Both the position numbers and the translations under genes were made by a program. From contig NC_086108.1 of NCBI RefSeq assembly GCF_963921235.1, positions 18,662,001 to 18,726,000 of the forward strand: DNA of 64,000 bases, read 5' to 3'. The first letter of the stretch is position 1, and every line of letters begins with the position of its first letter. Source of the DNA: Mobula hypostoma. Lineage: Eukaryota. This document shows, one piece after another, positions 25,986 through 36,404 of this stretch. The notes under the pieces were generated by a model, which saw only the letters and a program-made list of their open reading frames with translations, searched no databases and was not told where the DNA came from.

Positions 25986-27740
25986 AGTAATAGCACTCAC
26001 TTCTGACCCTGACACATTTGAATTTTTCACATACTGCTAGTGCTTTCCAGAGTGAAGACTGATGCAAAATACTTATTATGCTCATCTGCCATTTCTTGTT
26101 CCCCACTACTACCTCTCCAGGATTATTTTCCAGTAGTCTGATATCCACACTCCCCTCTCTTTTACTCTGAAAAATAACTTTTGGTATCATCTTTTATATT
26201 AAGCTAGCTTACCTTCAAATTTCATCTTTTCTCTTCTTATTGCTTCTTTTGTCTCCTTTTGTTGTTTTTTTTTTAAAAACTCCCAATCCTCTAACTTCCC
26301 ACTAATTTTTGCTGTGTTATATGTCCTCTCTTTTGCTTTTATGTTGTCCATGACTTTCCTTGTCAGCCATTGTTGCCTTATCCTCTCTTGAGAATACTTC
26401 TTCATCTTTAGGATGCGTCTATCTTGTGTCTTCCAAATTGTGCCCAGAAACTCCAGCTATTACTGTTCTGCAGTCATCCCGTTATTGCCCTCTTTCAATC
26501 AATTTTGGCCAGCTCCTCTCTCATACTTTACTCACTGTAACACTGATAAATCTGACTATTTCCTCCCTCTAAAACTGCAGGGTGAATTCTATCATATTAT
26601 GATCACTATTTCCTAAGATCTCCTTTACCTTAAGCTCCCTAATCAAGTCTGGTTCATTACAAAACACCCAATCCGGAATTGCCTTTCCCTTAGTGGGCTC
26701 AGCCACAAGCTTCTCTAAAAAGCCATCTCAGTCATTCTACAAATTCCTTCTTTTGGGATCCAGCACCAACCTGATTTTCCTAACCTGCCTATATATTGAA
26801 ATCTCCCATGACTGTCATAACACTATCCTTATTAAGTGCCTTTTCTATTTCCCATTGTAATTTATTTCCCACATCCTTGTTCAGAAGCCGATTACAACTC
26901 TCATCATGTGTATCCTTGGATGTTAAGCTTCAACTGTGATCTTCTTTCAACTATGACTCAATAATGCCCACGATGTTATACCTTTCAATCTCTAACAATG
27001 TTACAAGGTCATTTGCCTTATCCTGTATACTGCATGGATTCAAATACAACACCTTCAATCCTGTTCTTTAAACCCTTTATGATTTTGCCCCCATGTTACA
27101 CTTCAACTCATCTCATTGACTGCAATTTTGCCCTCTCCTTCCTCACAACCTCACTACACAATGATTCGACTTGTCTACCAAATGCCCCATCTTCAGCCCT
27201 ATCACTCTGGTTCCCATCCCCCTGCCAAATTAATTTAAACCCTCTCCAATAGCTTTAGCAAGCCTGCCAACAAGGATATTGATCCTACTCAGATTCAGGT
27301 GTAACCTGTCCTTGTGATCATATCTTCCCTAGATATGATCTCAATAATTGAAAAATCTGGAACCCTGACCCCTGCACCAGTTTTTCAGTCACTTATCCTA
27401 CCCTGACTAGTATGTGGTACTGGGAGTAATACAGAAATTGAGTCTCCTGTCACTATCCTTCTGCCAGACTTCACCATTCTCTGCTGAGCCTTGGAGTCAG
27501 CCACAGTGCCACTGGCCTTGCTGTTGCTGCTGCTCCATGATAGGACATCTCTCCCCCAGCAGTATCCACAGGGATATATTTGTTGCTGAAGGAAATGTCC
27601 ACAGGGAAACCCTGTACTGACTGCTTACTTCCCTTGCTTCTCCTGGTGGTAACCCAACTACTATCTGCACTCTGGGTTTGACCACCTCAGTAAAAGTCTC
27701 ATCTATGAGGTTTTGAGCCTCCCAGATGGTCCTGAGTGCA
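25986..27740 (-). mobile_element. Older degenerate CR1 (ORF1 remnants, EN, linker)
   Basis: Minus strand WLTRKVMDNIKAKERTYNTAKISGKLEDWE; EN remnant GDFN near 26800; ORF1 end GLN* at 27230-27241. Confidence 0.8.
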
Positions 27741-28429
27741 TCCAGGAAATGATGAGTTAATCAACTTCAAGCAAGAAAACAGAAATATGCAGGACTACAG
27801 ATATACAGGTAGGAGCAGGTACATAGGAGGGGTCCATAACAATAATCCCCTACATGAAAGAGCAGGAATATCAACAGCAGATAATTCACCATCATTGAAG
27901 CTTATCATTATCCCTTTACAAAATGATATTAATCCTAAAATAACTGTGTTTGAACTCCTGCATCAAATAAGATCAATTTGTCTGGCTTTCGAAGGATCTA
28001 TCCTTTTCCTTATGGTAACACATTTCATGATTTATATTATTGCTTGCTGCATCTTCTCAGTACGAGAGATTCTTTAGTCAGGTCATGAGAGGTTAAACAG
28101 TTTAACGTTAGGGAAGCAGGGACCAAGGAATTCTAGCCCAAATGATTTGATAAGCTGGTGTTGTGTTAAGGTACAACCTTAAAAGTTTAGCTTTATTTGT
28201 CTGATGTACATTGGAACAAAGTGAAATGCACAATTTTACACCAAATCAAATCAGCAAGAATTGTGCTGGGCAGCCCACAAGTGTCACAAGAAAATCTGCA
28301 GATCAGGCATCTGGACTAAAACCAGAGAATGCTGGAAACACTTGTCAGGTCAGGCACCACAGAGAAGCAGCTAACATTTCAAGTCCAAGATCATTCGCCA
28401 GAAGAGATCAAAAGCAGCAGACTCTTCAG

Positions 28430-28790
28430 GCTCATCACAACACACAAAATGCTGGAGGAACTCAACAGTTCAGGTAGCATCAGTGGAGGGAAATGGACAG
28501 TTGATGTTTTGGTTCAAAACCCTTCTGGAAAAATAGAGGAGAGATAGCTAGTACAAATAGGTGAGAAGGAGTGGAGCAAGAACTGGCAAGTTCTAGGTGG
28601 ATCCAGGTGAGAGGGATGGGGAAGGGAGAATGGGAATAGTGATAGAGGCTGGTTGAGAGTTAGATGTGACAAAGGACGATGGTGGAGTCTGATATGAGAG
28701 GAAGGTGGAGCATGAAATCAAGTGAGGTGGTGGGGAGGACAGATAGGGACAGTGGGGGGAGGGGACCTAGTGTGCTTGCTGAGGGGCTTG
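28430..28790 (-). mobile_element. Penelope-like tail remnant
   Basis: CACACAAAATGCTGGAGGAACTCAACAG followed by a purine-rich tract, as at 37825-38150. Confidence 0.6.
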
Positions 28791-29039
28791 GGTGAGAGAA
28801 GTGATCACACTTCACTTGAGAGATAGGTTAAAGATGTGAACGATGAAGACGAGGTCTTGTAACGAGGGTAGGGGTTACAATGAGTGGGGAGGGCATGAGT
28901 TCTGCGACCTGACAGGGAATGACACATCAGTGACAAGTGTAGAATGACCCACTCTGAGTAACAGAGAAACAGACAGTCAATATTGGTCAATGTGAGTGCA
29001 CTGGATGATCCACAGGCTGTCTATACACGCTGTCCTTGC

Positions 29040-30365
29040 ATGACCTTTATCCCCCATCTCACCATCTGCTCTAATACTGATTCCTCTCCCCCTGAAAATC
29101 TAGTTTAAACCCCCCTGAGCAGAACTAGCAAACCTACCCACAAGGATATTAGTCACCCTCCAGTTCAGGTGCAAATCGTCCTGTCGGAACAGGTCCCACC
29201 TTCCCTGGAACAAAACCCAATTGTCTTGAAACATGAAGCCCTCCCTCCTGCACCATCTCCTTAACCACGTATTTAACTGCATTATCTTCCTATTTCTAGC
29301 CTCACTAGCACATGGCATGGGTAGCAATCCTGAGATTACAACCCTGGAGGTCCTGTCCTTCAACTTTGCACCTAACTCCCTAAACTCTCTTTGCAGGACC
29401 TCCTCCTCCTTCCTAGACACGTCATTGGTCCCTACATGGACCACGTAATCTGGCTGCTCATCCTCCCTCCTGAGAATACCAAGAACTTGATCCAAGCTAT
29501 CACAGACCCTGGCACCAGGGAGGCAACAGACTATCTGGGATTCTCGTCTCTCCCACAGAACCTCTTATCTGTCCCCCTATCACTACTGCTCTCCTTGTTT
29601 CCTTCCTTCCCTTCTGAGCTGAGGGTCCAGTCTCAGTGCCAGAGACAGACCACTACAACTTGTCCCTGGTAAGTCATCCCCACCAACAGTATCCAAAATG
29701 GTATACTTATTATTGATGGGAATGGCCACAGGGATGCTCTGTTCATTCTGTCTCTTCCCCTTCCCTCTCCTGGCAGTCACTCAGCCATCTGCCTCCTGAC
29801 TCTTAGGGGTGACTATCTCCCTGAAACTCCTGTCTGTTTCTGCCTCTGCCTCCCAAATGATCCGAAGTTCATCCAGCTCCAGCTCCCTAACTCGGTTTGT
29901 CAGAAGCTGCAGCTGGATGCACCTTTTACAGGTGTAGTCATCAGGGACAATTGTGCTGCCTCTGACTTCCCACATACTGCAAACAGACCACTCGACTGCT
30001 CTAACTGCTGCCTCCATTACCTACCCCTGTTAATTAAATTAATTAAAGGAACTTACCCGGCCTTACCTCACTGGGAGCAGGCTCATCCTCAACCTCTGAA
30101 GTCTCTTGAGCCAAAGCTTCAATGCTCCACTCCTCCTGAGCCTATCACACACTGGCTGTTCCTCTTCAATTACCTCTCCTTTTATTTGTCCTTGCCAATT
30201 ATCTCAAGTACTCACTCCCTCTAATCAACTAATCAATACTGTTTAACCCTTCAGTTGCCCTCCATGCTCCTTTTTAAAGCACACTCACCTGAGCTGCTAC
30301 ACAGCACTCAGCGCTCTCCCGAGCCTCTTGCTCCTCCTCCTGCTGTGACTGTTCCTCAATCACAC
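29040..30365 (-). mobile_element. CR1 5' portion (5'UTR, ORF1 pseudogene, first bases of ORF2)
   Basis: MEAAVRAVEWSVCSMW...CKRCIQLQLL; VHVGTND; DDLHLNW...GGLN*. Confidence 0.92.
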
Positions 30366-30497
30366 TGTCTGGATCTAGAAGATTATAAGGCTAGCAGGAA
30401 GGAGCTTAAGAAAGAAATTAGGAGAGCCAGAAGGGGCCATGAGAAGGCCTTGGTGGACAGGATTAAGGAAAACCCCAAGGCATTCTACAGGCATTCT

Positions 30498-33388
30498 GTG
30501 AGTGGTGGTAAAAATCTTCTGAGGTGTATATATTTCAATGCTAGGAGTATTGCGGGGAAGGCGGATGAGTTGAGGGCGTGGATTGACACGTGGAATTATG
30601 ACGTTGTAGCAATTAGTGAAACTTGGCTACAGGAGGGGCAGGACTGGCAGCTTAATATTCCAGGGTTCCGATGTTTCAGGTGTGATCGAGGCAGAGGAAT
30701 GAAAGGTGGGGGAGCAGCATTGCTTGTTAGGGAAAATATTACAGCAGTGCTCAGGCAGGACAGATTAGAGGGCTTGTCTACTGAGTCCTTATGGGTGGAG
30801 CTGAGAAACAGGAAAAGTATGGCCACATTAGTGGGGTTGTATTATAGACCACCCAATAGTCAACGAGACTTGGAAGAGCAGATCTGCAGAGAGATAGCAG
30901 ACAACTGTAGGAAACATAAAGTTGTGGTGGTAGGGGATTTTAATTTTCCATACATTGATTGGGACTCCCATACTGTTAGGGGTCTAGATGGTTTAGAGTT
31001 TGTAAAATGTGTTCAGGAAAGTTTTCTAAATCAGTATATAGAGGGACCAACTAGAGGGGAGGCAATATTGGATCTCCTGTTAGGAAACAAATTAGGGCAA
31101 GTGACGGAAGTCTGTGTAGGGGAGCACTTTGGTTCCAGTGATCATAACACCATTAGTTTCAATTTGATCATGGACAAGGATAGATCTGGTCCTAGGGTTG
31201 AGGTTCTGAACTGGAAGAAGGCCACATTTGAAGAAATGAGAAAGGATCCAAAAAGCATGGATTGGGACAGGTTGTTCTCTGGCAAAGATGTGATTGGTAG
31301 GTGGGAAGCCTTCAAAGGGGAAATTTTGAGAGTGCAGAGTTTGTATGTTCCTGTCAGGATTAAAGGCAACTTGAATAGGAATAAGGAACCTTGGTTCTCA
31401 AGGGATATTGCAACTCTGATAAAGAAGAAGAGGGAGTTGTATGAAATGTATAAGAAACAGGGGGTAAATCAGGTGCTTGAGGAGTATAAGAAGTGCAAGA
31501 AATCAGGAGGGCAAAAAGAAGACATGAGGTTGCCTTGGCAGTCAAAGTGAAGGATAATCCAAAGAGCTTTTACAAGTATATTAAGAGCAAAACGATTGTA
31601 AGGAATAAAATTGGTCCTCTTGAAGATCAGAGTGGTCGGCTTTGTGTGGAACCAAAGGAAATGGGGGAGATCTTAAATAGGTTTTTTGCGTCTGTATTTA
31701 CTAAGGAAGCTGGCATGAAATCTATGGAATTGAGGGAATCAAGTAGTGAGACCATGGCAACTGTACAGATTGAAAAGGAGGAGGTGCTTGCTGTCTTGAG
31801 GAAAATTAAAGTGGATAAATCCCCGGGACCTGACAGGGTGTTCCCTCGGACCTTGAAGGAGACTAGTGTTGAAATTGCAGGGGCCCTGGCAGAAATACTT
31901 AAAATGTCACTGTCTACGGGTGAAGTGCCGGAGGATTGGAGAGTGGCTCATGTTGTTCTGTTGTTTAAAAAAGGATTGAAAAGTAATCCGGGAAATTATA
32001 GGTCGGTGAGTTTAACGTCAGTAGTAGGTAAGTTATTGGAGGGAGTACTAAGAGACAGAATCTACAAGCATTTGGATAGACAGGGGCTTATTAGGGAGAG
32101 TCAACATGGCTTTGTGCCTGGTAGGTCACGTTTGACCAATCTGTTGGAATTTTTTGAGGAGGTTACCAGGAAAGTGGATGAAAGGAAGGCAGTGGATATT
32201 GTCTACATGGACTTCAGTAAGGCCTTTGACAAGGTCCCGCATGGGAGGTTAGTTAGGAAAATTCAGTCGCTAGGTACACATGGAGAGGTGGTAAATTGGA
32301 TTAGACATTGGCTCGATGGAAGAAGCCAGAGAGTGGTGGTAGAAAATTGCTTCTCTGAGTGGAGGCCTGTGACTAATAGTGTGCCACAGGGATCAGTACT
32401 AGGTCCATTGTTATTTGTCATCTATATCAATGACCTGGATGATAATGTGGTAAATTGGATCAGCAAGTTTGCTGATGATACAAAGATTGGAGGTGTAGTA
32501 GACAGTGAGGAAGGTTTTCAGAGCCTGCAAAGGGACTTGGACCAGCTGGAAAAATGGGCTGAAAAATGGTAGATGGAGATTAATACTGACAAGTGTGAGG
32601 TATTGCACATTGGAAAGACAAACCAACGTAGAACATACAGGGTTAATGGTAAGGCACTGAGGAGTGCAGTGGAACAGAGGGATCTGGGAATACAGATACA
32701 AAATTCCCTATAAGTGTCGTCACAGGTAGATAGGGTTGTAAAGAGAGTTTTTGGTACATTGCCCTTTATTAATCAAAGTATTGAGTATAAGAGCTGGAAT
32801 GTTATAATAAGGTTGTATAAGGCATTGGTGAGGCCGAATCTGGAGTATTGTGTTCAGTTTTGGTCACCAAATTACAGGAAGGATATAAATAAGGTTGAAA
32901 GAGTGCAGAGAAGGTTTACAAGGATGTTGCCGGGACTTGAGAAACTCAGTTACAGAGAAAGGTTGAATAGGTTAGGACTTTATTCCCTGGAGCGTAGAAG
33001 AATGAGGGGAGATTTGATAGAGGTATATAAAATTATGATGGGTATAGATAGAGTGAATGCAAGCAGGCTTTTTCCACTGAGACAAGGGGAGAAAAAAACC
33101 AGAGGACATGGGTTAAGGGTGAGGGGGGAAAAGTTTAAAGGGAATATTAGGGGGGGCTTCTTCACACAGAGAGTGGTGGGAGTATGGAATGAGCTACCAG
33201 ACGAGGTGGTAAATGCGGGTTCTTTTTTAACATTTAAGAATAAATTGGACAGATACATGGATGGGAGGTGTATGAAGGGATATGGTCCGTGTGCAGGTCA
33301 GTGGGACTAGGAGAAAATGGTTCAGCACAGCCAAGAAGGGCAAAGGGCCTGTTTCTGTGCTGTAGTTTCTATGGTTCTATGGTTCTAA
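30498..33388 (+). mobile_element. CR1 family A, 5'-truncated at the ORF2 start; near-complete EN+RT with a frameshift (~31500) and stops (32570, ~32710)
   Basis: ORFs 30255-31550 (EN part), 31493-32572 and 32714-33310; (TTCTATGG)n tail; inverted sister of 22198-25090. Confidence 0.96.
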
Positions 33389-35137
33389 GTATGTGAAGAG
33401 CAAAAGGATAGAGAATAGGACCAATCAAGTGTGACAGTGGAAAAGTGTGTATGGAACTGGAGGAGATAGCAGAGGTACTCTATGAGTACTTTGCTTCAGT
33501 ATTCACTATGGAAAAAGGTCTTGGCAATGATAGAGATGACTTACAGCGGACTGAAAAGCTTAAGAATGTAGATATTAAGGAAGAGGATGTGCTGGAGCTT
33601 TTGGAAAGCATCAAGTTGGATAAGTCACCGGGACCAGAAGGAATGTACCCCAGACTACTGTGGGAGGTGAGGGAGGAGATTGCTGAGCCTCTGCCAATGA
33701 TCTTTGCATCATCAATGAGGATGGGAGAGGTTCCGGAGGATTGGAGAGTTGTGGATGTTATTCCCTTATTCAAGAAAGGGAGTAGAGATAGCCCTGGAAA
33801 ATTCAGTGGTTGGTAAGTTGATGGAGAAGATCCTGAGAGGCAGGATTTATGAACATTTGGAGAGACATAATATGATTAGGAATAGTCAATATGGTGTTAT
33901 CAAAGGCAGGTCGTTCCTTACGAGCCTGATTGAATTTTTTGAGGATGTGACTAAACACATTGATGAAGGTAGAGCCATAGATGTAGTGTATATAGATTTC
34001 AGTAAGACATTTGATAAGGTACCCCATGCAAGGCTTATTGAGAAAGGAAGGAGGCATGGGATCCAAGGGGACATTGCTTTGTGGATCCAGAACTGGCTTG
34101 CCCACAGAAGGCAAAGGGTGGCTGTAAACAGGTCATATTCTGCATGCAGGTTGGTCACCAGTGGTGGGCCTCAGGGATCTGTTCTGGGACCCCTATTCTT
34201 CGTGATTTTTATAAATAACCTGGATGAAGAAGTGGAGGGATGTGTTTGTAAATTTGCTGATGACACAAAGGTTGGAGGTGTTGTGGATAGTGTGGAGGGC
34301 TGTCAGAAATTACAACGGGACATTGATAAGATGCAAAACTGGGCTGAGAAGTGGCAGATGGAGTTCAACCCAGATAAGTGTGAGGTGGTTCATTTTGGTA
34401 GGTCAAATATGATGGCAGAATATAGCATTAATGGTAAGACTCTTGGCAGTGTGGAGGATCAAAGGGATTTTGGGGTCCAAGTCCATAGGACACTCAAAGT
34501 TGCTGTGCAGGTTGACTCTGTGGTTAAGAAGGCATATGGTGCATTGGTCTTCCTCATTCGTGGGATTGGGTTTAAGACCCGAGAGGTAATGTTGCAGCTA
34601 TATAGGACCCTCGTCAGACCCCACTTGGAGTATTGTGCTCATTTCTGGTCGTCCCACTACAGGAAGGACATGGAAACCATAGAAAGGGTACAAAGGAGAT
34701 TTACAAGGATTGGGGAACGTGCCTTATGAGAATAGGTTGAGTGAACTCAGCCTTTTCTCCTTGGAGCAACAAAGCATAAGAGATGACCTGATAGAGGTGT
34801 ACAAGATGATGAGAGGCATTGATCGTGTGGATGGCCAGAAGCTTTTTCCCAGGGCTGAAATGGCTAGCACAAGAGGACACAGTTTTAAGGTGCTTAGTAG
34901 TAGGTACAGACGAGCTGTCAGGAGTAAGTTTTTTTCCACAGAGAATCGTGAGTGCATGGAATGGGCTGCCGGCGACAGTGGTGGAGGCGGAAACCATTAG
35001 GTCTTTTAAGAGACTCCTGGATAGGTACATGGAGTTTAGAAAGATAGGGGACTATGGGTAAGCCTAGATAATTTCTAAAGTGAGGTCAAGTAGTTTTAAA
35101 AACTTCTTTGAGTGAAAGAAGGACGAGACTGCACAGG

Positions 35138-35175
35138 CACGTGACGTCAACAGGACAGCATGGAGAGTTTAAAAA
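35138..35175 (+). promoter_or_regulatory. Candidate CR1 internal promoter: overlapping E-box and CRE, then a TATA-like tract
   Basis: CACGTG (35138-35143) overlaps TGACGTCA (35142-35149); TTTAAAAA at 35168-35175. Confidence 0.5.
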
Positions 35176-35468
35176 GAAGACCACCCTATACAGCGGGCAG
35201 CTGTCGGAGTGGGCAGCGGGGTGAGTGGGAGCAGAGTGTAGGGCTTTGGCTTCAACGGGCTTCGGCGGTAAACGGGAAGAGGCGAGAGCAAGGCACCAAC
35301 TCTTTTTTTTCTCCCCCCCCACCTTTCGCGAATCGGCCTGGACAGACAGGAACAGCAGGGCTCTCACAGCTAATGGTTCGAGCTAACGGTTTAAAAAGTT
35401 CGTCTGTTTGGCGAGGTAAGTGGGTGAGTAGACATTTTTCCTGTTTCATTCCTGTAGAATTAGATAGC

Positions 35469-36404
35469 ATGCCTGCAGGGTTCGTGCTTTGTTCAGGGTG
35501 TCAGATGTGGGAATCCTGGGAGACCTCCAGCCTCCCTGATGGCCACATCTGCGCCAGATGCACTGAGATGCAGCTCCTCAGAGACCGTGTTAGGGATCTG
35601 GAGCTGCAGCTTGATGACCTACTGCTTATCAGGGAAGGTGAAGAGGTGATAGACAGGAGCTACAGGGAGGTAGTCATCCCTAGGCTACAGGGGTCAGAAA
35701 ACTGGGTCACTGTCAAGAGAGGGAAGGGAAATGCCCGGATAGTGGAGAACACACCTGTGACTGTCCCCCTCAGCAACAGATATCTTGTTCTGGATGCTGT
35801 TGAGGGGGATGACCTGATGGGGGACGCCCACGGTGACCGGGTCTCTGGCAATGAGCCTGGCGCTGTTCTGCAGGAGACAAGGAGGGAGAAGAGGAATGCA
35901 GTAGTCGTAGGGGATTCCATAGTCAGGGGAACGGACAGGAGATTCTGTGAGCCTGATAGAGATACCCACATGGTGTGTTGCCTCCCAGGTGCCAGGGTAC
36001 GGGATGTCTTGGATCGGGTCCTGAATATTCTGAAGGAGAAGGGTGAGCAGCCAGTTGTCTTGGTACATGTTGGTACCAATGACACAGATAGGACAAAGGA
36101 GGGGGTCCTGAAGAGAGATTTCCAGGAGTTAGAAAGGAAGCTGAGAAGCACGACCTCCAAGGTAGTAATCTCGGGATTGCTACCTGTGCCACGTGCTAGC
36201 GAGGGCAAGAATAGTAGGATCAGGCAGATGAACGCGTGGCTGAGAGACTGGTGCAGGGGGCAGGGCTTCAGATTCTTGGATAATTGGAATCTCTTCTGGG
36301 GGAAGTATGACCTGTTCAAAAAGGACAGGATACACCTGAACCTGAAGGGGACCAATATCCTGGCGGGAAAGTTTAATAGAGCTGTTAGGGAGGGTTTAAA
36401 CTAA
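35469..36404 (+). CDS. Intact CR1 ORF1 protein (311 aa): CxxC/CxxC zinc finger, leucine zipper, SGNH/GDSL esterase-like domain
   Basis: MPAGFVLCSGCQMW...HICARCTEMQLLRDRVRDLELQLDDL...VVGDSIVRG...VHVGTND...DRIHLN; start chosen by homology to the other ORF1 copies. Confidence 0.85.
   Translation: MPAGFVLCSGCQMWESWETSSLPDGHICARCTEMQLLRDRVRDLELQLDDLLLIREGEEVIDRSYREVVIPRLQGSENWVTVKRGKGNARIVENTPVTVPLSNRYLVLDAVEGDDLMGDAHGDRVSGNEPGAVLQETRREKRNAVVVGDSIVRGTDRRFCEPDRDTHMVCCLPGARVRDVLDRVLNILKEKGEQPVVLVHVGTNDTDRTKEGVLKRDFQELERKLRSTTSKVVISGLLPVPRASEGKNSRIRQMNAWLRDWCRGQGFRFLDNWNLFWGKYDLFKKDRIHLNLKGTNILAGKFNRAVREGLN

Noticed and set aside
30255..31550. 431-aa ORF as a novel gene
   Set aside because: Chance in-frame chimera of an antisense 5'UTR, a family-B linker and the family-A endonuclease across two insertion junctions
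35160..35468. 103-aa N-terminal extension of ORF1
   Set aside because: Lies in the CR1 5'UTR with no recognisable motif; homologous ORF1 copies start just before the zinc finger. It stays open in frame, so it cannot be fully excluded.
35660..36355. 231-aa antisense ORF and similar shadow ORFs (e.g. 24022-24441, 39099-39491, 56010-56558)
   Set aside because: Reverse-strand shadows of retroelement coding sequence with no independent motifs
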